A program made the position numbers and the translations under genes. The notes beneath the pieces were generated by a model. The model worked only from the letters and a program-made list of their open reading frames with translations, did no database searches and was not told where the DNA came from. Shown here piece by piece: positions 46,176-55,448 of a DNA stretch of 64,000 nt. Source of the stretch: Firmicutes bacterium ADurb.Bin182 (GTDB lineage Bacteria > Bacillota > Clostridia > Christensenellales > CAG-138); the NCBI GenBank assembly GCA_002070205.1, contig MWCU01000059.1:442-64441 (forward strand), read 5' to 3'. Position 1 is the stretch's first letter; every line of letters begins with the position of its first letter.

Positions 46176-46873
46176 AACTTTTCTCCTCCTGTTATTTCTG
46201 TCCATGTATTTTTTTCGGGCATTAAAATCCGAGTATATTCTCCCGTTTCCTTAAAAAAGCTTTCGGGCAGCTCGAATGATTCTCTGAAGTGCATCGGTAT
46301 CAGTACGTCCGGCCTTAAAAGCCTCGCAAACTGAACCGCGCCTTTATAAAAGTCGGTACCCATGCGCGGGTCGGCGGGGAAAAACGCCGCGCCTATCCTG
46401 CCCGCTTTTTCCGCAATGTCTTTAATTATAGTCATAAAGTCCTTCTCGGCTTTTTCGACTTCGTAAGGTTCGGATTCGTCCATCCAGTGCCAGTTATTGA
46501 GGTCGCCCGCATGAAACAGGCTTGCGGCGGGATGCCGCACGTAAAAACTCACGCCGATGTCCGTGCTGCCGAACACCAGTATATCAAGCCCGTTGACGCA
46601 CAGGCTGTCCCCGCTTTTTACCGGTTTTGAGCCGCTGAGTTTGGAAACGTCATCGGATAGCACGAAACAGGGCGAGCAGACATTCGAAAACCTCGCGATT
46701 TTCGGGCTGTAATGATCCCTGTGCGAATGGCTCACAAACATCGTAACGCGTTTTGCGTTTTTCGCCCGGTCAAAAAGCCATGGATTGCTTTCAGGATTAT
46801 AACAATCAAATATCAAGAGATCTCCGTCAATATCGACGGCAAACCCGCTGTTCCCGGTCCGGCGCACCTTCAT
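46172..46873 (-). CDS. MBL-fold hydrolase
   Basis: 'FVSHSHRDHY' (the HxHxDH motif). Confidence 0.75.
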   Translation of the reverse strand: MKVRRTGNSGFAVDIDGDLLIFDCYNPESNPWLFDRAKNAKRVTMFVSHSHRDHYSPKIARFSNVCSPCFVLSDDVSKLSGSKPVKSGDSLCVNGLDILVFGSTDIGVSFYVRHPAASLFHAGDLNNWHWMDESEPYEVEKAEKDFMTIIKDIAEKAGRIGAAFFPADPRMGTDFYKGAVQFARLLRPDVLIPMHFRESFELPESFFKETGEYTRILMPEKNTWTEITGGEKL

Positions 46874-47117
46874 ATATCCGCACCTCCTTCTTTTGGAATT
46901 TTATTTATTATATCATATTCGGGCTTTTTGTCGCCGTGGTTATACTTTACCGGCCGGCTTATATGTATAATATGCCCGCTTTGAATATGAATAAATTTAT
47001 GTCAAAAAGAAGATATTTATCCTGAAGGGAGCGTTTATGTTTCTATTGCCGAGCTCGAGGCTTTCTCCCTTATTGAGGCAAAGGTTTAAGCTTTCGGGGG
47101 TTCTTCGCTCATTGGTG

Positions 47118-47146
47118 TCGATTTCGCCGAACCGCTGTGCTATAAT
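47118..47146 (+). promoter_or_regulatory. Extended -10 promoter candidate for mnmG
   Basis: TGcTATAAT (TG at 47138-39, hexamer at 47141-46). The -35 (TCGATT at 17-nt spacing) is weak. Confidence 0.45.
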
Positions 47147-47176
47147 GGTAGCCGAACCAAATTTAAGGAAAATTCG

Positions 47177-49057
47177 ATGGAAGGTTTTTATTCGGGAAAG
47201 TACGATGTGATAGTGCTCGGCGCGGGTCAGGCGGGCTGCGAAGCCGCGCTTGCTTGCGCGCGTATGGGATTCGAAACGCTTTGCCTTACCATAAACCTCG
47301 ATTCCGTGGCGTATATGGCATGCAATCCCGCCATTGGAGGAACGTCCAAAGGGCATCTTGTAAGGGAGCTGGACGCAATGGGCGGGGAAATGGGGCTCGC
47401 CGCGGACGACTGCATGATTCAAATGCGAATGCTCAACACCGCGAAGGGCCCCGCCGTGCATTCTTTAAGGGCGCAGATGGACAAGCGCCGTTACCATGAA
47501 CGAATGAAATCCGCATTGGAAAACCAGGAAAGGCTTACGCTGAAACAGGATGAGTGCTCAAGCATATTGACAAAGGGAAACCGCGTCACCGGAGTCACGG
47601 GGGCGTCCGGAGCGGTTTACGATTGCCGGGCGGTTATAGTCGCGACCGGCGTATATCTTAAAAGCAGGATACTCATAGGGGATTATATAACCGAAAGCGG
47701 GCCTGCCGGGCTTTTCGGGGCGAATGCGCTTTCGAAGTCGCTTACCGAACTCGGGTTTCAGCTTCGAAGGTTCAAAACAGGCACTCCGGCGCGCATACAC
47801 AGGAGGAGCATCGATTTTTCCAAAATGGAGCCGCAATACGGCGATGAGCCCATAGTGCCCTTTTCCTTTTTGACAAAAAGCATAACCAGGGAGCAGCATC
47901 CCTGCTACTTAACATACACCAACCCGCGGACACATGAGATCATAATGGAAAACCTTCACAGGTCTCCGATGTATAAAGGGGTCATAAAGGGGACGGGAGC
48001 AAGGTATTGCCCGTCCATCGAGGATAAGGTCGTCCGCTTTGCGGATAAGGAGCGTCACCAGATATTCATTGAACCCGAAGGCCTCACGACTTGTGAAATG
48101 TACGTGCAGGGCATGAGCACGAGCATGCCCGCGGATGTTCAGGTAAAAATGCTCAGAACTTTGAGCGGCCTTGAAAACTGCGAGGTAATGCGCCCGGGTT
48201 ATGCCATCGAGTACGATTGCATCGATCCCACCGCACTGACGCTGAATCTCGGTTCGCGCGAGATATCGGGGCTGTACTTTGCGGGACAGATAAACGGTAC
48301 ATCGGGTTACGAGGAGGCTGCTGCTCAGGGGCTTTACGCCGGGATCAACTGTGCGCTTTGGCTTAAGGGGGAACCGCCTCTGACTCTGACCCGATCGGAC
48401 GCCTATATAGGCATTTTGTGCGATGACCTCGCGACGAAGGGGGTGGATGAGCCCTACCGCATGATGACGTCCCGCGCGGAATACCGGCTTCTGCTTCGGC
48501 AGGACAATGCGGACCTTAGGCTCACCGAGCTCGCCCTGCGAACGGGGCTCATATCAAAAGAGAGGTATGAACGGATGTGCAGAAGGCGGGATGATTTGAA
48601 AGATGTGCGCAAAGCCCTGGAATCCGCGGTGCAGCCGGATAAAGCGCTTCAAGCGCTGCTTATTCAAAAGGGTTTGCCGGAAGTAAAAAGCGCGGTCAAG
48701 CTTTTCGACCTTTTAAAGCGGCCGCAGCTTGCATACACGGATCTTTTGCAGCTTGACGCCTCGCTTCCCCTGCCCGGCGACGGAGTCATCGAGCAGATTG
48801 AGATTCAGGCCCGCTACGACGGTTACATCCAAAAGCAAAAGGAGCAGGCGGAGCGCTTTCGCGGCATGGAGCAGACAGAACTGCCGGAAGATATCGATTA
48901 TACGGCCATTCCCGCGCTTCGCACGGAGGCGAGGCAGAAGCTGAGCGCAAAGCGGCCTTCCAATCTCGGGCAGGCGTCGCGCATACCCGGCGTTTCCCCC
49001 GCAGACATTGCCGTGCTTTTAATAAAGCTCAGGCAGCTGAAGCAGGGGAAGCCATGA
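47177..49057 (+). CDS. mnmG: tRNA uridine 5-carboxymethylaminomethyl modification enzyme
   Basis: FAD motif 'VIVLGAGQAGCEAA', 'GPRYCPSIE'-like 'GARYCPSIEDK', 626 aa. Confidence 0.95.
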   Translation: MEGFYSGKYDVIVLGAGQAGCEAALACARMGFETLCLTINLDSVAYMACNPAIGGTSKGHLVRELDAMGGEMGLAADDCMIQMRMLNTAKGPAVHSLRAQMDKRRYHERMKSALENQERLTLKQDECSSILTKGNRVTGVTGASGAVYDCRAVIVATGVYLKSRILIGDYITESGPAGLFGANALSKSLTELGFQLRRFKTGTPARIHRRSIDFSKMEPQYGDEPIVPFSFLTKSITREQHPCYLTYTNPRTHEIIMENLHRSPMYKGVIKGTGARYCPSIEDKVVRFADKERHQIFIEPEGLTTCEMYVQGMSTSMPADVQVKMLRTLSGLENCEVMRPGYAIEYDCIDPTALTLNLGSREISGLYFAGQINGTSGYEEAAAQGLYAGINCALWLKGEPPLTLTRSDAYIGILCDDLATKGVDEPYRMMTSRAEYRLLLRQDNADLRLTELALRTGLISKERYERMCRRRDDLKDVRKALESAVQPDKALQALLIQKGLPEVKSAVKLFDLLKRPQLAYTDLLQLDASLPLPGDGVIEQIEIQARYDGYIQKQKEQAERFRGMEQTELPEDIDYTAIPALRTEARQKLSAKRPSNLGQASRIPGVSPADIAVLLIKLRQLKQGKP

Positions 49058-49743
49058 GCGCGATACAAAGCGCTTTACAGCGCGTGCTGCCGGGCCTTGA
49101 TGAAAGGCAGCGTTCTGCCTTTTGGCGATATTATGAGATGCTTGTCGATTGGAACGAACGCATGAACCTGACGGCTATAACGGAGCCTTCCGAAGTGGCG
49201 GCAAAGCATTTCGCGGACAGCCTTCTGCCCGAAAAAATGATCCCTTTCGGTTCAGACTGCATAGATATAGGGACCGGCGCGGGTTTTCCCGGGATACCTC
49301 TTAAGATCGCGCGGCCGGACATACGAATGACTCTGCTCGACTCGCTTAGCAAGCGAATAACGTTTTTAAAAGCCGTGACCGATGAACTCGGGCTCGAGGC
49401 GGTTTTGATCCACGCGCGCGCGGAGGACGGCGCAAGAAGACCCGAATTGCGCGAGCGGTTCGACGCGGCCGTATCGCGCGCGGTCGCTTCCGCGGGAGTG
49501 ATTGCCGAGCTGACTCTCCCGTATCTTAGGGTCGGGGGGATATCGATACTTTATAAAGGGCCTATGGTACATGAGGAACTCAAAAGCTCTGACAGGGCGT
49601 TTAAACTGCTTTTTGCGGATGCGGATGTCTTTAATAAAAAAACGGATTGGGGAGAGCGAAATATCGTGGTATTGACAAAGCAAAAGCAGACGCCCCCGAT
49701 CTATCCGAGAAAAGCGGGCACGCCGTCAAAATCGCCTCTTTGA
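49054..49743 (+). CDS. rsmG: 16S rRNA (guanine527-N7)-methyltransferase
   Basis: 'DIGTGAGFPGIPLKI' SAM motif. 4-nt overlap with mnmG. Confidence 0.9.
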   Translation: MSAIQSALQRVLPGLDERQRSAFWRYYEMLVDWNERMNLTAITEPSEVAAKHFADSLLPEKMIPFGSDCIDIGTGAGFPGIPLKIARPDIRMTLLDSLSKRITFLKAVTDELGLEAVLIHARAEDGARRPELRERFDAAVSRAVASAGVIAELTLPYLRVGGISILYKGPMVHEELKSSDRAFKLLFADADVFNKKTDWGERNIVVLTKQKQTPPIYPRKAGTPSKSPL

Positions 49744-49859
49744 CCCGGAGCGCCTCTGCGAAACAGGTCGAATCAAAGGGAAGAACTTCTATTTTTGCTA
49801 TGCGGAAGGAATTTGACTAAACGATAAAGAATTGTTACGACTAATAAGGGGGTATTAAT

Positions 49860-50708
49860 ATGCCGGTTTTTGACTTTTTGGGCTCAAGCAAATTGAACGA
49901 GAGGAAATCGGAATCCGAAAAAAAGCTGGAAGAGATCTCCGTCGATCAAATTTTCCCCAATCCCAATCAGCCGAGGCAAAGCTTTGACGATGAAGGCATT
50001 TCGGAGCTTGCGCAGTCCATACGCCAGGTGGGGCTTATCCAGCCTCTTGTAGTGCGGCGGATGGAAGGGGGATATGAGCTTGTCGCGGGAGAAAGGCGCC
50101 TTCGCGCGTGCAAAAGCATTGGCATGCAAAAGGTGACCTGCATAATCCAGAACGACGTATATGAGGAAGACAGCGCAATGATGGCGCTTATCGAGAATCT
50201 CCAGCGCGAGAATCTTCACTATCTTGAGGAGGCGCGCTGCTACGCGGCGCTTCTCAACAACTACTCTCTGAAGCAGGAGGATCTTGCGGTCCGCCTTGGA
50301 AAAAGCCAATCCTCTATAGCGAACAAGCTTCGGATTTTAAAGCTCTCTCCCGAGGTGAAAGCGGCGATGACTGAGGCGAGGCTGACCGAAAGACATGCGC
50401 GGGCGCTGCTTCGCATAAGGGACGAACAGACGCAGCTGGATATCATCAACAAAATAGGCGAAAAGGGGCTTTCCGTAAAAGAAACCGAAAAGCTGGTGGA
50501 CAAGACCCTCAACAAGCTGTATGACCAGCGCGCCGAGGGAGCAAGACCCCGGCCGAAGATAATAAGGCTCGTAAAGGATTACAGGTTGTTTATGAACAGC
50601 ATCAACACCGCCATCAATCAGCTTCGCGAAACGGGCATGCGAGTCGAGGTTGAGCAGACGGACCGGGAGGACGGCGTGGATATCGCGATCCACGTAACGA
50701 AGGCCTGA
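49860..50708 (+). CDS. ParB/Noc-family DNA-binding protein
   Basis: 'GLIQPLVVR', 'ELVAGERRLRA', and an HTH around 'QEDLAVRLGKSQSSIANKLR'. The position after rsmG matches Bacillus noc. Confidence 0.85.
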   Translation: MPVFDFLGSSKLNERKSESEKKLEEISVDQIFPNPNQPRQSFDDEGISELAQSIRQVGLIQPLVVRRMEGGYELVAGERRLRACKSIGMQKVTCIIQNDVYEEDSAMMALIENLQRENLHYLEEARCYAALLNNYSLKQEDLAVRLGKSQSSIANKLRILKLSPEVKAAMTEARLTERHARALLRIRDEQTQLDIINKIGEKGLSVKETEKLVDKTLNKLYDQRAEGARPRPKIIRLVKDYRLFMNSINTAINQLRETGMRVEVEQTDREDGVDIAIHVTKA

Positions 50709-50912
50709 CGCAAAAGGCGGCGCAATATCACGCCACGCCTATTTGTTACGATAACGAAGGTTTGGCGCAGCAAATAAGAATTGCAGGCAAAGAGGGAGAG
50801 GATGCGGCTAGTTTCAAATATTCCGGACCGCCGCTTTTTCTTAGTATATATTGACATTCATACTTCGTTGTGATAAGCTTGCGCCTGAAGAATTTGAAAA
50901 GGAGGGAAATTT

Positions 50913-51146
50913 ATGAAAATCAAGAACATAACCAATCCGCAAAGGTTTTTTGAAGTTCTCAACGAGTGTCAGGGCCGTGTTGAATTGGTGACGTCGGAAG
51001 GCGACAGGCTCAACCTTAAGTCCACTCTTTGCCAGTATATCGCGCTTACTCAGATGTTTAAGGATGCCCGCATCGACGACGTGGATCTCATAGTATCCGA
51101 GCCCGAAGATTTCGTCCGGCTCATGAATTACATCGTGAAGGGCTGA
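50913..51146 (+). CDS. Hypothetical protein (77 aa)
   Basis: Strong RBS AAAAGGAGGG and a clean terminator follows. No family recognised. Confidence 0.5.
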   Translation: MKIKNITNPQRFFEVLNECQGRVELVTSEGDRLNLKSTLCQYIALTQMFKDARIDDVDLIVSEPEDFVRLMNYIVKG

Positions 51147-51162
51147 AACAAAAAAACGCTCG

Positions 51163-51192
51163 GTACAGCCGAAAAAGGCTGTGCTTTTTTTT
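51163..51192 (+). terminator. Rho-independent terminator
   Basis: GTACAGCC-gaaaaa-GGCTGTGC followed by TTTTTTTT. Confidence 0.85.
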
Positions 51193-51290
51193 GTTTCATT
51201 ATTCGCATTGACTGAGCATCCCGCTAAGGTTTAAAATTAGTAAAGCAGTACTATATATAAATGGTAAGCTTACCAAAGGAGGGCAACAAA

Positions 51291-52574
51291 ATGGGTCTTA
51301 TAAAAGCAATCGGCGGAGCGATAGGCGGCGTGCTTGCCGATCAATGGAAAGAGTATTTTTACTGCGATTCGCTATCCTCCGATACCCTTGTCGCCAAGGG
51401 CGTTAAGCGGATCGGGGGGCGCAGTTCGAATACAAAAGCGACCGACAACATAATTTCCAACGGTTCGGTGATCGCGGTTAACGAAGGCCAGTTCATGATG
51501 ATCGTCGATCAGGGGAAGGTCGTGGAATTCTCGGAAGAACCCGGCGAATACCTCTATGACACGAGTACCGAGGCAAGCTTGTTTTACGGCAAGTTCGGGA
51601 AAAACCTCCTGGAAACGTTTAAGAACGTCGGCAAGCGCTTTACGTTCGGCGGAGAACCCGGAAAGGACCAGCGCATTTACTATTTCAACACGAAAGAGAT
51701 AGTAGGCAATAAATACGGGACCCCGAATCCCGTTCCCTTCAGAGTGGTCGATCCGAATATCGGGCTGGATATAGACGTTGCCATAAGGTGCCACGGGGAG
51801 TATTCCTATAAAATCGTTGACCCTCTGCTTTTCTATTCGAACGTATGCGGAAACGTAACTAAGGATTATGACAGATCCGAGATCGACGGGCAATTAAAGA
51901 CGGAGCTTATGACTGCGCTTCAGCCGGCGTTTGCCAAAATTTCCGCAATGGGGATCCGCTATTCAGCGCTTCCCGGACATACTCAGCAGATCGCGGACGC
52001 GCTCAACGAGGTTTTGTCCAAGAAGTGGCGCGAAATGCGCGGGCTTGCCGTCGCTTCCTTCGGCGTAAGCTCAGTGAAAGCGCCGGAAGAAGACGAAGCG
52101 ATGATCAAGGAACTGCAAAAGGCGGCGGTTCTTCGCAATCCCACAATGGCTGCGGCAACTCTGACAAGCGCTCAGGCGGATGCTATGCGCTCGGCGGCTT
52201 CCAACGAATCGGCGGGCCCGGTGATGGCGTTTGCCGGTTTGAATATGGCGACCGGCGCCGGCGGCATGAATGCCGCATCCCTGTATTCGATGGGTCAGCA
52301 GCAGGGCGCGGCGCAAACCTGGATCTGTTCCTGCGGAAAGCAGAACACTGGCAAATTCTGCGATGATTGCGGAAAGCCCAAGGCCGAAGGGTGGACTTGT
52401 TCCTGCGGCGCGGTGAACAAAGGCAAGTTCTGTCACGAATGCGGCGCCAAAAAGCCCGCCGGAGCACCGGTGTATAAGTGCGACAAGTGTGGGTGGGAAC
52501 CCGTGAATAAGTCGGCTCCTCCCAAATTCTGTCCGGAGTGCGGAGACCGGTTCGACGATGACGATATAGTTTAA
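51291..52574 (+). CDS. SPFH/band-7-like (virion-core-like) protein with three C-terminal zinc ribbons
   Basis: The start 'MGLIKAIGGAIGGVLADQWKEYF' is typical of the SPFH/YdjI-like family. The C-terminus has 'CSCG..N.GKFC..CG' twice plus 'CDKCG...FCPECG'. Confidence 0.7.
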   Translation: MGLIKAIGGAIGGVLADQWKEYFYCDSLSSDTLVAKGVKRIGGRSSNTKATDNIISNGSVIAVNEGQFMMIVDQGKVVEFSEEPGEYLYDTSTEASLFYGKFGKNLLETFKNVGKRFTFGGEPGKDQRIYYFNTKEIVGNKYGTPNPVPFRVVDPNIGLDIDVAIRCHGEYSYKIVDPLLFYSNVCGNVTKDYDRSEIDGQLKTELMTALQPAFAKISAMGIRYSALPGHTQQIADALNEVLSKKWREMRGLAVASFGVSSVKAPEEDEAMIKELQKAAVLRNPTMAAATLTSAQADAMRSAASNESAGPVMAFAGLNMATGAGGMNAASLYSMGQQQGAAQTWICSCGKQNTGKFCDDCGKPKAEGWTCSCGAVNKGKFCHECGAKKPAGAPVYKCDKCGWEPVNKSAPPKFCPECGDRFDDDDIV

Positions 52575-52677
52575 AGCGCATGCCCTCAAAAGCCGCGCGG
52601 TCCTTCGGGATATGACGTGTTCTGAAGGGAATCAGGATATCGCTTAACAGAAAACTTAAAGTATTGATTCATAATGA

Positions 52678-52716
52678 CGGCCCCGTTTTAAGCAGCTTAA
52701 ACGGAGCCGCCTTTTT
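52678..52716 (+). terminator. Rho-independent terminator after the SPFH gene
   Basis: Imperfect long hairpin (CGGCCCCGTTTTAAG / CTTAAACGGAGCCG) followed by CCTTTTT. Confidence 0.6.
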
Positions 52717-52832
52717 AAATCATCCGGTTCTTTGAAATCAAGAACACTGGTTTTAACGGTATGCACCGTATTGTATATGCCGTATCTATGTAATATAATG
52801 TTTTTCGGCATGTATTCTGACAAGAGGTGGCT

Positions 52833-54227
52833 ATGGAAGCAAAACTCGATCTTTTGGATCCCGGGATAAAACCGGCGCGCGTCATATGGTATCTTGCGTG
52901 GCCCACCATCATAGAACAGCTTCTGCTTACATTTGTACACTACGTGGACACGTCCATGGTGGGCGTTTTGGGTGAAAACGCGACGGCATCCATAGCGGTC
53001 AGCTCATCCACAATGTGGCTTGTCAACGGCTTGTTCGGGTCGCTCGCGGTAGGTTACTATGTGCTTGTCGGGCGCAATATCGGGGCGGGCGATATCGATA
53101 AGGCCAAACGGATAGTCCGTCAGTCCGTTCTGGCGGCTTCCGCTGCCGGCGTGCTTTTCACATTGATAATGCAGTTCATATCGCCTGTTCTGCCCGTATG
53201 GCTGGGTGCCGAGGAAACTATAAGGCAGGACGCGTCCGCTTATTTGAGCATCGTTTCGTCCGCGTATTTTTTCAGTATGGCGGTTGTCATGAGTGCAGGC
53301 ATACTCAGGGTTGCCGGAGATACGCGGACGCCCTTGTTTTTTAATGTACTTACCAACATTTTAAACATCCTTCTGAATTTTCTTCTCATCTATCAAACCA
53401 GGGAAATTACGGTTCTCGGGTACACTTTTACCGTGTGGGGTGCGGGCTTAGGCGTAAGAGGAGCGGCCGCGGCGACCGCTGCCGCGATTGTGGTTTCGGG
53501 CTCGCTCTTGTTGTCACGCCTTTTTAAAAAGGATTATCCCATCCGCATATCGCTCAGGGATGATTACAAGCCGGATTTGTCGATAACAAAAAGCGCGCTC
53601 CGCCTTGCGGCGCCTGCCGCAATGGAGCGCATAACCATTTCATCCGGCCAGATACTTATGACGGCCCTCATAACGAATCTCGGCACTACTGCTCTTGCGG
53701 CCAATTATCTTGCCGTTACGGCGGAGGGGATATCTTATCTTCCCGCGTACGGTTTCAATGTCGCGGCGACAACGCTCGTCGCTCAGTCGCTTGGCGCCGG
53801 GAATAAAGAGAGCGCTTTGCGATTTGCAAGGCTGTGCCTGATCATCGGCGTTGCGATGATGAGCTTTACGGGGATAATAATGTATATCGAAGCGGAGTTT
53901 TTGATTTCCGTTTTTACTCCCGTCGCAGCCGTGATACTGTTAGGCTCACGGGTTTTGCGCGTCGAGGCGTTCGCCCAGCCCTTTTTCGCCGCGTCCATAA
54001 TAGGCGGCGGCGTACTGCGCGGCGCGGGCGACACAAAATGGCCCTTTTATATCAGCATTGCGGGAATGTGGGGAGTTCGTATCCTGACAGCGTATGTTTT
54101 GGCGTATCCCCTCGGGCTCGGTTTGATGGGCGCATGGATAGGAATGGTCGCGGACCTTTTTACCCGAGGCATGCTGACTTTTCTGAGATTCAGGTCCAAA
54201 AAATGGCTGGATATATCCGTACAGTGA
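52833..54227 (+). CDS. MATE-family efflux transporter
   Basis: 12-TM profile. N-terminal 'LAWPTIIEQLL...VDT.MVG' is the MATE signature. Confidence 0.9.
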   Translation: MEAKLDLLDPGIKPARVIWYLAWPTIIEQLLLTFVHYVDTSMVGVLGENATASIAVSSSTMWLVNGLFGSLAVGYYVLVGRNIGAGDIDKAKRIVRQSVLAASAAGVLFTLIMQFISPVLPVWLGAEETIRQDASAYLSIVSSAYFFSMAVVMSAGILRVAGDTRTPLFFNVLTNILNILLNFLLIYQTREITVLGYTFTVWGAGLGVRGAAAATAAAIVVSGSLLLSRLFKKDYPIRISLRDDYKPDLSITKSALRLAAPAAMERITISSGQILMTALITNLGTTALAANYLAVTAEGISYLPAYGFNVAATTLVAQSLGAGNKESALRFARLCLIIGVAMMSFTGIIMYIEAEFLISVFTPVAAVILLGSRVLRVEAFAQPFFAASIIGGGVLRGAGDTKWPFYISIAGMWGVRILTAYVLAYPLGLGLMGAWIGMVADLFTRGMLTFLRFRSKKWLDISVQ

Positions 54228-54237
54228 AGTGATTTGC

Positions 54238-55194
54238 TTACAGTTGAAGGTTTGAAAGCATAAGCATCAGCAGCGGAACCGCGATAAGGCTTACTATAGT
54301 TGTTATGCTCAAGCCCGAGGCGGTGAATTTTTCATCCGCGTTTACGGCTGACGCTAAAATAACGGCTTGCGTTATCACCGGCATTGAAGCTTCAACGGTC
54401 ATAACCTTTAAGGGAAGCGCATCTAAAAGGAACAACTTTCCGATGACGAATATTATCGCGGGCGCAACGATAAACCTCATCAAAATGACAGCCCAGTGCA
54501 TTTTTTCTATCCTGATTTTTGACAATCCCGTTTCATAGATTAAATATCCCACGTGGACCATGGCGAGCGGAGTCACGATATTTGCAAAGTAGGTGAAAAA
54601 TCTTGTGAATATCGAAGGAAGCTTGAATCCCGCGGCGACCAGCGGAATCGAGATGATTAAGGTAATCAGCGGGGCTTTCAGCAGTTTTTTGATCCTGTCC
54701 TTTACTGTCAGCTTTTTAAAGTCCGCATTTCCCGAATGCTGAATAAAAGCATTGCCGAGCGTCCAGAAGACTATGGTGTTTGCCATGTAGTAAAACAGCA
54801 CGACCTGAACGCTTGCGTCTCCGAAAAGTATCAGGTTCATAGGCAGGCCTATGAATATGCTGTTGGACAGGCTGCACATTACGACGAATACGCCGAAACG
54901 CTCGCGCTTGATTTTCATTGCCTTAGCTAAAAGAGTGCTAAGCAAAATCATGGCGAGTATCGTGATAAGCGGTACCAAAACGTACCGGCCCGCGCTCATA
55001 AGCAACTCCCGGTCAAAGCGGCTGAAAAGATTGCTTATGCATGTGCTCGGTACGCCGACGTTCAGAAGTACTTTAACGATAAAGGATTTGTGCTCCTCTT
55101 TCATCCAGCCGAGTTTTCCGAATAAAAAACCGGAAAGCGCCATCATCAGTATCAGTACAACGGCCTCAATGGAATTAAAAAAATTCAAAAGCAC
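54238..55194 (-). CDS. AEC (auxin efflux carrier) family transporter
   Basis: About 10 TM segments in 318 aa. N-terminal region 'ILMMALSGFLFGKLGWM' is typical of Mem_trans proteins. Confidence 0.8.
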   Translation of the reverse strand: MLLNFFNSIEAVVLILMMALSGFLFGKLGWMKEEHKSFIVKVLLNVGVPSTCISNLFSRFDRELLMSAGRYVLVPLITILAMILLSTLLAKAMKIKRERFGVFVVMCSLSNSIFIGLPMNLILFGDASVQVVLFYYMANTIVFWTLGNAFIQHSGNADFKKLTVKDRIKKLLKAPLITLIISIPLVAAGFKLPSIFTRFFTYFANIVTPLAMVHVGYLIYETGLSKIRIEKMHWAVILMRFIVAPAIIFVIGKLFLLDALPLKVMTVEASMPVITQAVILASAVNADEKFTASGLSITTIVSLIAVPLLMLMLSNLQL

Positions 55195-55448
55195 GAAAAA
55201 TGTTCCTTTATGTATATTTCCATATGATTATACAGCAAACCGGCGGATATGAACATAAAAAAACTGACCTTTCGATAATCTCAGGGAGCGATTTATTGCC
55301 GACGAAAATCGGTTGCTTTTTGCATCGCGAACCGTCATTCCCCCCGTTTCACAGCCAGTTTTATTTATCTTCGTCCGAATGTTGCTGCAGCTTGGAACGA
55401 TTTCGGGGCGATCATCGTTTTATGGATATATGACGGAAGGATGATGAA

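Noticed and set aside
46997-47461. 154-aa minus-strand ORF spanning the mnmG promoter and start.
   Set aside because: It overlaps the strongly supported mnmG N-terminus in antisense, and there is no RBS or family signal.
50687-50700. parS-like 'GATCCACGTAACGA' at the end of the parB/noc-like gene.
   Set aside because: It has too many mismatches to TGTTNCACGTGAAACA and no dyad symmetry.
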